Notes: generated by a model not told the origin, from the sequence alone. Positions 39,283-54,734 are shown, numbered from the stretch's first letter. The stretch is DNA of 64,000 nt from Eledone cirrhosa (GCA_964016885.1 OZ024741.1:1178001-1242000), one strand, 5' to 3'. Made by a program: numbers and translations.

Positions 39283-40127
39283 TCTATATGTATAAAACTG
39301 AGGTTGTCTGTCTGTCTGTCTACTAAAACGGTCGGCACACAACTCCTCTTAAACCGTACGTTCAAATGTCGGTGAAATTGCTACACTTATAGATGAAGGT
39401 CTTGCAGAGACATTGGTCAAAAGATTTTTCAAATCGACCCACGCCAAGTGCAAAAATCGAATTTGTAATGTATTGATTTTTCAGTTCAAATAGAGATGAG
39501 AGACGAGTTATTTCCCTTTTATGGCGTCATTCTGTCTATCTATTTACGTTACGAATAATCGACGCGTGCAAAAGTACAAAAATACGCGAACAGTTTTCGA
39601 GCCAGCAAAATTTTAACCTGCAAAATTCATGAGTTCGAAGTTTCAACATTAAGCTTCCATTTTGCTTCATTTCCATTAAAAAGTATTTTAAAACAATATT
39701 TCAGCGCATCAGCGTCGCCATCACCCGAGGCAACGCTGCGAGTGTGCTGGCTTGCCTCAAAATTAGAGAGGTTGCCCAGTACTCGCGACGTTGCTGCCTT
39801 TTGCTCTGGTGTTGGCTCCGTTGTTCAGCCCTTCCTTTGCATTTTCTTTAATATTGTAGTTTATGTATATATTTAAAATATATTTGTTATGTTATTCTAC
39901 TGTAAATTTATTTATATGCTCTGTTTATACCCTCAAGAATCTATGAAACTACATACATGTTGCAACTCTCTCTCTATATATATATATCACACACACACAT
40001 ATACATATACATCTAAAGAGAGAAAGGGAGATGTAGAGAGAGAGAGAGATAGGTCGTTATACAGAGAGAGGTACAAGATAATCAGATAGAGAGACAGTGA
40101 GAGAGAGAGAATGGCGACGAACGCTGG

Positions 40128-40177
<50 letters not shown>

Positions 40178-40301
40178 TATATATATAAAGACAGAGAGAG
40201 AGAGAGAGAGAGAGTGAGAGAGAGAGAGAGAGTGAGAGATCTGCACGTTCTTTATTGTTCTCCATTCTGTAGGAGGAAGAGAGAGAGAGGGGGTATAGTG
40301 T

Positions 40302-40377
<76 letters not shown>

Positions 40378-41447
40378 GAGAAAAAAAGTAGAGGGGTTGA
40401 GAAAGAAAGAAAGTTTAAGCAAAGAATCGCTGCTTTCAACATTAACGGGATCTTCTGAAACTAATAAATTCTATCTGTGGACGCAGAATTAAATAGTTCG
40501 AGAAACGTTGCAACCGAAGGAAAACAGGAAGACGATATTTTGGTTCGTGAAGACGTTCCCCGGTAATGAACGGAAAAAAAGCGAGGATAATACGTCGTTA
40601 TGTGGACTGAGAAGAACAATTTCATGCAAAGACGAGACCAAGTTTATGGTATAAATGGAGTCGTTAGAGTAATATTCTATTTAAAATAACCGAATGATTT
40701 CCAGCCCCGGAGTTTAAGAATGATGTAAATAAAATTGTAAACGAAAATGACAGAGGTTATTAAAATAGTTTGGCACAAGGCCAGCAATGACCCAGTACAT
40801 TACTGGTACTTTATTTTATCGACCCCATAAGGATGAAAGGCAACGTTAACCTCGACGGGATTTTAACTTTGCCTTAAAATAGTAAAAGTAAATAGTGAAG
40901 ATTTAGGCCAGTACATACGTATGCACCGACGGACATGCACATACATATACATACGCACACACAAATACATACGCACACACAAATACACACGCACACACAG
41001 GCCCGCGTGTGTGTGAAAACCTTATGCATTTCTACATTATTTTCACCAAACTTAAGACATAGGTTACTTATGTACTCTGGATGGTCATGGGCACTTTCAT
41101 TTTTCCAGATATTGATTATAGGGCCTCCCGGCAGATAACCCCCTTTCACCACTTCCTTGGAGTCGACTGAAGCACTGCAGTGCAATGCAATAAAACGTCA
41201 TAACTTATGCAGTTCGCAACCGATTTTCACAAAACTTGACACATGAGCTACGTTTGTCCTACAGATGAATGTGAACTCTCAGAATTGACACATATTGAGT
41301 AGGGGACCCTTGGGGGAAGGAACCCTCTTTTGGAAAAATCCGATAATTTTGTAAAAGTATAGTTTTCGAAGAACCACTGAAGTATTGACATAAATGGTAG
41401 ACATAACTGGTATTTAATACCCGAGCAACGCCGGGTACCTCTGCTAG
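39283..41447 (+). mobile_element. Non-autonomous Helitron
   Basis: A|TCTATATGTATAAAACTG start with (GTCT)n; subterminal hairpin CCCGAGCAACGCCGGG; CTAG|T end; termini match 49367-50542. Confidence 0.75.
39699..39775 (+). mobile_element. CRE-like LINE C-terminal fragment inside the Helitron
   Basis: Translates FQRISVAITRGNAASVLACL, the typical end of CRE-type restriction-like endonuclease ORFs. Confidence 0.6.
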
Positions 41448-41528
41448 TACAAAATAAAATATGACAGTTTTAAAACAAAATGGAAGTTAAAAAGTTGAAA
41501 GATTTAAAAATGCCCCCCCCCCCTCCCA

Positions 41529-41569
<41 letters not shown>

Positions 41570-41570
41570 T

Positions 41571-42527
41571 ACTAGACATGAAAAATGCGCAAGCTCAAAA
41601 GTGCCACAGAATGTTATAATAAACCTTCAAAAGTGTGGGACTAGAGTTGTTGCTAAAAAATATTGTAATCATTATATATCGTACATTCTGTGGCATCCTT
41701 TATAAAAATAGCTTAAACCAACGAAGCCTTTATTTTTACGCTATTTCACTTAGTTAATTCTTAGAGTGTAACATATAAAAATATCATTTACAACTATAAA
41801 ATAAATTAATTAATATAATAACAGAGCTGCGGAGCTGAAATTTAGGAAATAATGGAGTATCGGATCCTGAGTTGGAGCCAGTCAATTTTTGGCCGACTCC
41901 ACAGCCCTGTATAATACATTTCATATTAAAGTTATTAATAAACCTATTTTACACTTCATGCAAATTACCACGAGATATTGATATTAGATATAAGATACAG
42001 CGCAATATCTACAGCTGTAAAAGTACGAAAGCGAAGTAATAATAAGTGGCTTAAGGTAATTCCAATATGAAAGTTTGTAGTGATAAAAATTTGATAATGC
42101 AATACGATTGTTAATATTATAGTTCTATGAAAATGTAACAATAGATAACTAAATTATTTTACTATTAGTATATTTAAGAAATTATCATTATAGATTTGAT
42201 CGTTCATATAAGCATCATATTAAGTTTCAACACAATTATTTTGTTACTATGAGTATATGATAATAATATTACGTAATTATTTATAGCTGTTATTACATTA
42301 AACATAGATGTATTTATTTTTATATGTTACACTCTAAGAATTAACTAAGTGAAATAGCGTAAAAATAAAGGCTTCGTTGGTTTAAGCTATTTTTATAAAG
42401 GATGCCACAGAATGTACGATATATAATGATTACAATATTTTTTAGCAACAACTCTAGTCCCACACTTTTGAAGGTTTATTATAACATTCTGTGGCACTTT
42501 TGAGCTTGCGCATTTTTCATGTCTAGT
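41571..42527. repeat. Inverted repeat with ~213-bp apparently identical arms (41571-41783 and 42315-42527)
   Basis: Direct comparison of arms; ~530-bp AT-rich spacer. Confidence 0.88.
41822..41909. mobile_element. Short MITE-like element
   Basis: Imperfect TIRs CAGAGCTGCGGAG / CTCCACAGCCCTG. Confidence 0.5.
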
Positions 42528-43645
42528 TTAATATTTTTTTAAGGCAACGCTTGTAATAACTCTAGTTAAAGAGGATATATATTAATAATAAATTATCGTT
42601 GTAATGTAATTAGATTATGTAATTGTTATTATAAATTATCTTATAAATATTAGTGTAAGATGTATAAAAATATTTTCAGACTTTTAATATAAACAACTAC
42701 AAAAAACAATCAATATTAAATCAATATATTATACATAATAGAAAACATAAAATATACAATACAAAAACAAAATATTTACATACAATTGCAATTATCAGTG
42801 TATATACATTTTCTTTATATTCCCTGAGCAAATTAATAAGATTTGTTTTTATTGTACATAATTTGATGACTTGTTGGAGTGTATTAAAAGATAGCAACAA
42901 TTTGTGATTAAATTGTTATCTTAAGCAACTCACTTTTTAATAGTTGTTGGCTGAGCGAAATTGTAAAAGCCTATGAGCAAATATAAAAAAAAATACACAA
43001 ACAACATTTCCTTGTGTTATTACAACATTAGATAAAATAATTGAGCAATGTCGTTATATTTTGCTCTTATTGCACATTAATAGTGTTTCTATTTTTCGGC
43101 ACAAATCCATTACGGCAGTCCATTACTGGTACTTTATTTTATCGAATTAGTAAGTATGAAAGTCGAAGTTAACCTCGGCAGGATTTGAACTTAGAATGCA
43201 AAGGACCATAACAATACTGCAAAGCATGGTGTCTGACGCTCTACCAATACTTGTGTTGAGCTGGTCATTAATTTATGGTGGTCGTGCGTGGAGTAGAGCA
43301 ATCGCTAGTTGAAATATTATGAACAAAACATTTTTATTTGCCGAAGAACATATTTTCAATACTGTTTGTGAATGTGACGAAGGAAATACATTCTGATATG
43401 GAACAGTGTACAAAGTGTGTCTGTGAATAACATAATGTTACCTCATGTTGTTGTCAAGACATAATGGATTTCGTATATCCAGTTAGAAGATGAAACCTAG
43501 CCATCTCGGATTAGTTATATTTCATGCCATGTGTAAAACGTGTTTGAGGATAGCAAAATATGCGCGTTAATTATAATAATTAGTTAATAATATTACAAAA
43601 TATACCTAATTAAACTCTTTGCTTGAAATTTTATCATTCTTCGTT

Positions 43646-43684
<39 letters not shown>

Positions 43685-45696
43685 GGAGAGAGATTTATCT
43701 AGTCCTTCGCTCAAGATTAATCTATAAGTTTAGATGTTTGCCTTCGTTTAAGTAAATATTACAGTAAGATTTTTAATATAAACAACTACAAAAAACAATT
43801 AATATTAAAACGAAATAATTATCAATGATAAAAGAAGCGGATGCAACTTTTTTTTTTATAAAGTTATATTCCTGTTTCTTTAAAGAACATTTCATTTTTG
43901 TTCTATTGTAGGCGAAATAATGCAATGGTTTAATAGGGAAGATATAACTTACGAATTATGTCTCTAACCGTGTAACGCTTTTTAAGTAGATAACTACAAT
44001 TGAAAATACTAAAGAAATGGAACCAACAATTCAATTTGAAAGTCGTCTAGTGACAGTGTATTACTGGTACTTTATTTTATCGACCCCGTAACGATGAAAG
44101 GCAAAAATGCAAATGCTTAAAATTTAAATTGCCTTAATTCTATCGTCTGCTGTTTCATTAAAGGGAGATTATCGTCTGTATTTAATTCTATCGTCTACTG
44201 TTCCACTAAACAGATATACCTCCACTATCGTCTCTATTTATACATTTTAACTTATAACTTATACACATTTGATTTGAAATATTTTATCTAGTCCCCCCTC
44301 TCAATATTATGATGATTTCTTTCGAATGAAACAGTTCTAGTCCTGTAGAAGCCATTTATATATATAATTGAACTGAGTTAAAAATTCACAATATTTATAA
44401 TTAAATAAGCTCATATATATATGTGTGTATTTATCTGTTTATTGTATTATATATAATGTGTGTATATACAGGATGTCCCCCAAAAATATATACACACTTC
44501 AACAGCATTCTAATAACTATTGCCTGTACAGGTAATCAAAGTGTCAATCGAATGTTAGTTTCGTGTTTTAACAGTACAAATTTACAATACACACATAAAA
44601 CCAGTGTATATACATACATGAGTGTGTATACACATACATGAATGTGTATATACAATATATATGTATATATATATAGACACATATATTCACGGTGCAACGG
44701 TACATTAAAATATAGATGCGGGAGGGGGGGGGGGTTATATATAGGGGCGCTGGGGATAAAGGAGTGTAAAGCGTGTGTAATTGATATATTGAAGGAGAGG
44801 AGCGTGCAGCGATAGAGTAACAAATATATAGAGAGGGGGAGAGATGGTATTGAAGGGGAGGAGTGCAAAGCGAAAGAGTAAGAGATATATATAGAGACGG
44901 AACAGATAGAGAGAAACAGGCGTAAGTAACAGTGGAAGAGATATAGAGAGAGGTACTCTGATTGGTTGAAAATTAGCCAATGACATACGATCACCACCAC
45001 CACGGCTATCCCCGAAAATTTTTTAAAGAAGCTAGGCATATATGTTAGAACACGAAAAGTGAACATTCTGTTGTTTCACACTTTTCGTGTTCTAACAGAT
45101 AAGATATACATCCTTAACTTTGAATGTAATAATAATAATATATATATATATATATTTGGGGAGGGTTGTATTGTTACAATATTGCCAGAAATAATAATTG
45201 TTTCTACTTTTGGCACAAGGCCAGCAATTATCCCAGTGTATTACTGGTACTTTATTTTATCGACCCCGTAAGGATGAAAGCAAAGTTAACCTCGGCGGGA
45301 TTTGAACTCAGAATGGCTAGGGTCGTAACTCTATGCGTCAAAGCATGGCGTCCGACCATCTACCGATACTGCCAATCCACAGCCCTATAATCCATTGCCA
45401 GAAATAATAATAAAACACACTTAGCGGTGGGTTATATCATTAGTAGCGGAGCACTCCGTCCATGGAGCGAGATTGGCATTTAGGTTTGTTGGTTCACTAC
45501 CTTCTCGTCTTGGGCATCTTTCTGCTTTTCAGCCCCTTGGATTGTGTCTATTATATTCCTTTGTTAAATTTCGGAATACCTGATGATGTCACTGGATTCA
45601 TACTGAACCCGATCATTGAACTGTTCATAGAATAATAAACCTTTAAGGGATTACACCAGTCCAGCCTCCTGTTATTTTATAATATATATATATATA

Positions 45697-46678
<982 letters not shown>

Positions 46679-46959
46679 CCCAAAACCATAGCTATGTGTT
46701 CGGCCGGTACTATGTTTATTTAACAGGAGTGAAAATATTTAGGTTAATCTAAGGAAGAATGGAAACTGAATATAATAGTTTAGATATGCAATGATCAATC
46801 TGAGTGTAATTAAAGTGTGTAACTAATGAGGAAAAAAGAAAATAAGAATAAAGAAAACATTTCTACTTCTACCTAAGTATGCTTGGGGTTTCCTCTATCT
46901 TAGTTTGTAAATAGGAAAAGAGATACAGCCGAGGTCTACCCACCCAGGTCGTGAGGGGG

Positions 46960-47045
46960 TCTGAAGGTAAGATATGTCCTATGTATTCTGTGTTTACACG
47001 AGGTAACAAGTTCATCCTTTTTGTTTAAGAGTTGGAAAGTTTGCA
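46960..47045 (-). pseudogene. PLE-2-like C-terminal remnant
   Basis: QLLNKKDELVTSCKHRIHRT vs QLLNKKDELVIACKHRLRRT in PLE-2. Confidence 0.7.
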
Positions 47046-47364
47046 ATAAAGCGGAGGAATTAAGGTTTGCTATGTTAATTCTTTTTTCTACGTAAGAACC
47101 ATCCTTCTAATTTCAGTAGCGCCACCAATGAATAGCCTTTATTAGCTTAAGTGAGCCTTAAAAATCAGTGCCCCCATCCCCAACCCCCACCCCTCATCCC
47201 AGTGTGAACCTGTCTACAGACACTTTGCTTGAATTCTTTCTGCCTTTGTTCTCTAAATATAGTTTTTAAAGAATTCCCTTTTCTTTAAATCCATCAACCA
47301 ATGACTTCCACCCTCTCGTACCACCAGAAAAGGTATAAATACCACCATATTACTTGGACAGTCA

Positions 47365-47413
47365 GCTTCCTGATGATTTCTCCCGAATGAAACAGTTCTA
47401 GTCCTTTAGAAGC
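47365..47413 (+). ncRNA. Type I hammerhead fold (5'-truncated copies at ~44310-44353 and ~9324-9351)
   Basis: GCTTC-CTGATGA-T TTC tccc GAA T-GAAA-CAG ttctagtc CTT-TA-GAAGC; the other copies have CTG, restoring stem III. Confidence 0.65.
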
Positions 47414-48069
47414 CATTTCTATATTAAATATATATATATTTGTGTGTGTGTGTGTCCTTGTATATTCGTGTAACGATAGGTCTGTTGTATGCCGAAGACT
47501 GCGTTATTATTTACACCAAAGAGATTTTGAACAAATTAATCGGTCAAATTAGAACTTGGGACCTTTTATTAGACAAGGTAACTGTCATCAACTGAAATGA
47601 GGGCAACGGGAAACTTGGTACATAACCACCACTAGATAGGTTATTCAAACTACTATCTCTTTTTCACTCTACCAGCCTCCCCCTCACTCACTCTCTCTCT
47701 TTCACACTCTATCTCACACACACTCTCTCTTACTCACTCTCTCTCACACATTCTCTCACTCACTCTTACTCACTCTCTCTCTCACACTCTCTCACACACA
47801 CGCTCTCTTTCACACTCTTTCACCGACCCTCTCTCTGACCCTCTCCCTCTCCCAGCTTCTCCCCCCACTCTTTCTCTCCCAGCTTTACTCCCTCTCTCGC
47901 TCCCCTCTCTCTCCCTCTCCTTGTCAAATACGTTAAACAACTCCAGACGTGTTACTATTATAATCCTTATCGTCCTAGCTCAAATAGCTGAATACATCAC
48001 TAAATAAATGATTTATAATATTGTTGCCATGTAACTGTTTAAAGTGGAAATAACTCTAAGATGCTATGA

Positions 48070-49366
48070 TAAATAGCGAATAAACCAGTATCATATTTAA
48101 TAAATAGCGAATAAACCAGTGTTATATTTAATAAATAGCGAATAAACCAGTATTATATTTAATAAATAGCGAATAAACCAGTGTTATATTTAATAAATAG
48201 CGAATAAACCAGTATCATATTTAATAAATAGCGAATAAACCAGTGTTATATTTAATAAATAGCGAATAAACCAGTATCATATTTAATAAATAGCGAATAA
48301 ACCAGTGTTATATTTAATAAATAGCGAATAAACCAGTATCATATTTAATAAATAGCGAATAAACCAGTGTTATATTTAATAAATAGCGAATAAACCAGTA
48401 TCATATTTAATAAATAGCGAATAAACCAGTATCATATTTAATAAATAGCGAATAAACCAGTGTTATATTTAATAAATAGCGAATAAACCAGTATCATATT
48501 TAATAAATAGCGAATAAACCAGTGTTATATTTAATAAATAGCGAATAAACCAGTATCATATTTAATAAATAGCGAATAAACCAGTGTTATATTTAATAAA
48601 TAGCGAATAAACCAGTATCATATTTAATAAATAGCGAATAAACCAGTGTTATATTTAATAAATAGCGAATAAACCAGTATCATATTTAATAAATAGCGAA
48701 TAAACCAGTGTTATATTTAATAAATAGCGAATAAACCAGTATTATATTTAATAAATAGCGAATAAACCAGTATTATATTTAATAAATATAGAATAAACCA
48801 GTGTTATATTTAATAAATAGCGAATAAACCAGTATTATATTTAATAAATAGCGAATAAACCAGTATTATATTTAATAAATATAGAATAAACCAGTGTTAT
48901 ATTTAATAAATAGCGAATAAACCAGTGTTATATTTAATAAATAGCGAATAAACCAGTATTATATTTAATAAATAGCGAATAAACCAGTGTTATATTTAAT
49001 AAATAGCGAATAAACCAGTGTTATATTTAATAAATAGAGAATAAACAGTGTTATATTTAATAAATAGCGAATAAACCAGTATTATATTTAATAAATAGCG
49101 AATAAACCAGTGTTATATTTAATAAATAGCGAATAAATCAGTATTATATTTAATAAATAGCGAATAAACCAGTGTTGTATTTAATAAATAGCGAATAAAC
49201 CAGTATTATATTTAATAAATAGCGAATAAACCAGTCAGTGTTATATTTAATAAATAGCGAATAAACCAGTATTATATTTAATAAATAGCGAATAAACCAG
49301 TGTTATATTTAATAAATAGCGAATAAACCAGTATTATATTTAATAAATAGCGAATAAACCAGTGTA
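48070..49366. repeat. 31-bp minisatellite, ~42 units (about 3 more at 50543-50650)
   Basis: Unit AAATAGCGAATAAACCAGT(A/G)T(C/T)ATATTTAAT, no spacers. Confidence 0.95.
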
Positions 49367-50542
49367 TCTATACATATATATAAAACTGTACTTGTCTGTG
49401 TGTGTGTGTGTCCTCATTTTTGAAAAGTCTATACAAATCCACATTTCTACTCCGATTGACTTCAAACTTGCATTTATATATTCCTTGCGGTCTAAAGATA
49501 TTAACTGCAGCTTTTATTTTTCAATTTTCTGTTGTTAAAGGGGTGTTAGGTCCGGGTTATCCATCTCCGTCGCGCCCTTATAATATCTGTCTGTATGCCT
49601 GGCTGTCTGCATTACGACATTCTGACAAACATTGATGCCGTATTATGTTCGCTATTTTCCGTTCATTGCCAGGGAACGTCTTCACGAACCAAAGTATTGT
49701 CTTCCTGTTTTCCTTCGGTTGCAACGTTTTTCGAAATAGTTACTTCTGTATTCACAGACTGATTTTTTTAGTTTCAGAAGATCCCGTTAAGGGTGAAAGC
49801 AGTGATTCTTTGCTTAAACTTTAATCTGTTATTTTAATATATAATATAAGCGAGGCAAGCCAGACCAGTTGCCACTTCTTGCCAATAAACATTAACCCTT
49901 TGTGCGCCATTCATCTAACAGTAGACCAACAAATACCAACTAAACGTAGCGTTGACAAGAACGATGGCAAATGAATCTTCGAGGTAAGCAGTTTCATCCC
50001 GAGCTGTTAGTTCACGCGGGATTCTCTGCTACACCTTTTCATAATAATACCGAACAACGTACTGCTGGTCACTCCTTCCTCCAAAAGCCGTACAAAGCGG
50101 AGATGTGCATCGGATAGATGGATCGGGTGCAAATCTACACCAGGCCTACTCGAGAAATTCGCAAGGAACCGCACCGAGAGGGATAGAGAGAAAGAGTAGC
50201 TTAGTGGAAAGAGTGTGAATGAATTTTTAAGGTAAGTAGCCTACGCCTTACTGTTATGACACTGGAACATTCTGCCAACTTAACATGTGACTTTCTCTTT
50301 CACATTTACTCCAAAAGGCCAAAACAGAGGAGTATGAAAAGAAGGGGCTCAACAATATTTATATGAACAATGCACGTAGACAGCTAAACTGTACTTTCAA
50401 CTTCTTAATTTTCTCCAAATAAAACAAGTTTCCTGTCGGTATATTTTCGTGAGTTTTTAACAGGCACTCACAAATAAACGTTTCTCATTGGAGGTGCTAT
50501 TACCAATGTTCTTACCCGTGCAACGCCGGGATACACTGCTAG
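49367..50542 (+). mobile_element. Non-autonomous Helitron inserted in the minisatellite
   Basis: A|TC start, hairpin CCCGTGCAACGCCGGG, CTAG|T end; the satellite unit resumes exactly after it with no TSD. Confidence 0.85.
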
Positions 50543-50645
50543 TATTTAATAAATAGCGAATAAACCAGTGTTATATTTAATAAATAGCGAATAAACCAGT
50601 ATTATATTTAATAAATAGCGAATAAACCAGTGTTATATTTAATAA

Positions 50646-51360
50646 ATAGCAAAAAGTATTTGTTTTGTAAGTTTTTTTTAAATATGAAATCGTGTTTTGT
50701 AAAAGATATTGTTATATTTGGGTAGGGTCATATTGTTATAATATTGGGGAGGGTCATATTATTATATTTGGGGAGGGTCATATTGTTATAATATTGGGGA
50801 GGGTCATGTTGTTATATTTAGGGAGGGTCGTATTGTTATATTTGGGGAGAGTCATATTGTTATATTTGGGGAGGGTCATATTGTTATAATATTGGGAGGG
50901 TCATATTGTTATATTTGGGGAGGGTCATATTGTTATATTTGGGTAGGGTCATATTGTTATAATATTGGGGAGGGTCATATTGTTAAAATGTTGGGGAGGG
51001 TCATGTTGTTATAACATTGGGGAGGGTCATATTGTTATAATATTGCCAAAATATAGTAAAACACACTCACTGTTTGGCTTTCGCTTCAGTATATTTTTAT
51101 ATTTTTATATTTCTATAAATAATTTAACTGTCAACCAATATTTATCGTTGATTGACCAACAGTTAAAATTCAGAAATTGTATTTATATTTATATTTTTAA
51201 CTGTTGGTCAATCAATAATAAATATTGGTTGCCAGCTAAATATTTATAAAAATATAAAAATATATTAAAGTGAAAATCAAACCAAACAGTGAGTGTCTTT
51301 TACTATTTTTATTTTTTTCGCAATATTAGGACATCGTGAGCCTCCCCAAATATAAGAATA
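50646..51360. mobile_element. PLE-3-related fold-back element with tandemly amplified junction unit
   Basis: Tail similar to 62614-62670; ~12 ATTGTTATA(ATA)TTTGGGGAGGGTCAT-type units; imperfect inverted arms around ~51175. Confidence 0.72.
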
Positions 51361-52905
51361 TAGAAAGAATTAACTAAAATCAATACATGACGAGGTAAAA
51401 TACTTATTGCTATATATGTAGATGTAGGTAAGGCGACGACTTGGCAGAGTCGTTAGAAAAGATCTCGGTATTTCTTTCTGTCTGGCTCACTGCCCTCCCT
51501 GTTCAAATCCTACCGATATCAACTTTGCCTTTCATCCTTTCATGGTTGATAAATAAAGTACCTGTCCAGTACAGAAGTAGGTTCTTTCTTTTTTTCTTTT
51601 TCTGAATGAAATATACTGTGTTCCATTTTGTAGCACAGAAGGATGGGGTCTACCAGGTTTCAAAAGCCCCAAAACATGACGCGTTTAAGAACTGAGCCCT
51701 TGCGACTCCATTAGGAGTTAAGATCCCTTTTCCTACCAATGTGTAGGTATAGTCGTGGCGTTTAAGACACTTGCTTAATAAACACTTGCTTCCAGTTTTG
51801 ATTCTTTTGCAGAACATCTCGACATCTCTGAGAATTGATGTCTAATATACAGTTTGATAGAAACCATTTGCGATAATTCTAGGCCGACAGAAATTACAAA
51901 AATCAACCATCTTGAAAGGAAAAAAAGGTAAAGTTGACCTCAGTGAAAATTGAACTCAAACCCGGAACAAATACGACGAGACCCTTTACCCAATGTCCTT
52001 TACTCAATGTTCTAAGGACTTCGCCCAAAACAAAACTATAAAGAACATTGATATGATATTTAATTCGACATAAATAAGTCAGTTGTCCCTGGAGACAAGG
52101 TGATCTATAATTTACAGTGATTTATAGTGCTTATAAACAAGATCAATCTCATTTCCATTGCTAAATACTGTAGGATTTTTCGCCATGGCGATAAAACATC
52201 CGTATGAGGGTTGTTGAAGTATACCCCGACAGGCGTGCACACACACATGCACACAGATACACACACACACACACACACACGTACACACATACACACACAC
52301 ATATATATATATATATGTGTGTGTGTGTAGGTATATATACATATATATACCTACACACACGCAAACACATATATTCATAAACACACACACATTCCAGCAG
52401 GCACATGCACACATACAACACACCCACGCACATACCCATATATAGACAATAGTTTAACTTTAATTCACTGTTACACATTTCCTCAGGCACGTGTATAAAA
52501 ACAAATTCTCACCCAAGCATGTAGACTCCTTAAATAGAATGGTGAGAGTAAATGAAACACACACCCACACACTCATACATACCCACACACTCATACATAC
52601 CCACATACTCACACACTCATACATACCCACACACTCATACACACACCCACACACCCACACACTCATACATACCCACACACTCATACACACATACACACCC
52701 ACACACATACATACCTACACACTCATAAACACACCCACACACTCATACATACCCACACACTCATACACACACCCACACACTCATACACACATACACACAC
52801 GTATCCCGACATTCATACACACATACACACACGTATCCCGACATTCATACACACATACACATAACCGCACACACATACACACAAACACTAAAACACACAT
52901 ATATA

Positions 52906-53093
52906 GGAACCAGGTGGCCCTACTTTGGGTAGTAGAGTGGGTAATAGGGAAAGAGTCAGGACCCCGACGGCAGAGCTCAAGCCGTTTCGACGGCTATTTC
53001 TGGACTAAATTCTTGAACTCTGCCGTCGGGGTCCTGTACCCACTCTACTACCCAAAGTAGGTCCACCTGGTTCCTTATCATACTTCCTTCGTT
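52906..53093. mobile_element. Mini fold-back of the PLE-2-family terminus
   Basis: Inverted GGAACCAGGTGG..GACCCCGACGG arms; ends CCTTCGTT(ATAT)n. Confidence 0.8.
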
Positions 53094-53471
53094 ATATATA
53101 TATATATATAATATGTATAAATATTTCGTATCTCCAAAGAAATACGGTATTAGGAAGCCGTAGCTATGCAAACACCGGGGGGTGTTTCTAGGGGAGTCCA
53201 GTCTGTTGCAAGTATTTCGGATCAGATATCCGAGTTGGTGATGCCTTTCTCCCTCCCAGTATTCTCAGAAGATTCCAGATGTGTCATGGCCACTCACCTT
53301 TCTACAGAACAAACTAAAGAGCATCTGCAAAGTTGCTAGATCTGCTAAAAACTCCGGTTAACTCGCCCTCAAATCACAGTCAATGATCTTATTCCATATT
53401 GCAGTCCGAGAGACATTATAGCTAATGAAAGAGAAAGGGAGAGAAGGAGAGAGAGAGAAAGAAAAAGAGAA

Positions 53472-53537
<66 letters not shown>

Positions 53538-54105
53538 GAGCGGTCACTGCTGGAATGATCATAGATGTGTTCTGCAATCAGGGCCTACCTCGGGCTAAAC
53601 AACAACAACAATAAACTACTTTGATATGATACATTGGTGTGTGTCAGTTAATATAGCGTAGTTAATCATTTTAACGTTTGAGTTTGTAAGAAGTCGAGTG
53701 GCGGAGGTGGTGAGGGTATATATATAAATTTTTTTATCTCTTTATGTTATTACTTTCCTTTTACTTTATTATTAGACTTTGCCTTTCATCCTTACGGGGT
53801 CGATAAAATAAAGTACCAGTAATGCACTGAGTAATTGCTGGCCTTGTGCCTAAAGTAGAAACAATTATATATTTTAACTACTGTTTATAATTTTGGCTTT
53901 TGTGTGCCCTCACGTGCTTCTACATGTTGAAAAAATCTGCGTGTACCATTGCATTTAGCTGTAGTGCTGAATAACAACCCCACTAGGCACTCTCTCAATA
54001 CTCGCCATTTCCGATCTCCCCCTGTTTGCCCTCTGTTGTATTTCTAATGTTCATGTGACGAAGCTCGGTAGAGCCTATACTCAGCATTGTAATTTTATTT
54101 CTAAA

Positions 54106-54150
54106 GCTCTGAATAGTCCTGCCCAATGGTATGGATGAAACATTGTTAGC
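54106..54150 (+). ncRNA. Decayed hammerhead homologous to 62333-62378
   Basis: GCT-CTGAATA-GTCC..GGAT-GAAA-CATTG-TT-AGC; G8 mutated to T. Confidence 0.5.
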
Positions 54151-54193
54151 AAATAAAAATTGTATGAGTATGTAGGCGTTCTTTGATTTCTTT

Positions 54194-54246
<53 letters not shown>

Positions 54247-54273
54247 ATACATATATATAATATATATATATAT

Positions 54274-54475
54274 AACAAAGAAAGTGTGGTAAGGAACCAG
54301 GTGGACCAGAACGCACCAGAGTACTCGATACTTTGGGTAGTAGAGTGGGTAATAGGAAAAGAGTCAGGACCCCAACGGCTGAGCTCCGGCCGTTTCGACA
54401 GCTATTTCCGAATAGAGTTTGGATCTAGCTGTCGAAACGGCTGGAGCTCAGCCGTTGGGGTCCTGACTCTTTTCC
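54274..54475. mobile_element. Mini fold-back of the PLE-2-family terminus
   Basis: Tail plus inverted arms ending TTCC|TATA. Confidence 0.82.
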
Positions 54476-54734
54476 TATATATATTTTAAATCCCCATTCA
54501 GAATTGATAGTGGTGGTGATGATGGTGCTGATGGTGGTGCTGATGGTGGTGGTGATGGTGGTGGTCGTGATGGTAGTGGTGGTCGTGATGGCGGTAGTGG
54601 TGGTGATGGTGGTGGTGGTAGTAGTAGTACTGGTAGTAGTAGTAGTGGTAGCTGTGGTGGTAGTACAGTGAGGTCCATTTGTGGCGAATGCATTTGTGTT
54701 AAGATTGAGTGCAAAGTTGAATGAGGTGAAACCA

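Noticed and set aside
45199-45393. tRNA gene
   Set aside because: A/B boxes run into the SINE body, and an 18-bp flanking duplication (ATTGCCAGAAATAATAAT) indicates a SINE insertion
45578-45630. CTGATGA motif
   Set aside because: No GAAA or supporting stems
48070-49366. CRISPR-like array
   Set aside because: Units are head-to-tail with no unique spacers, there are no cas genes, and the context is eukaryotic
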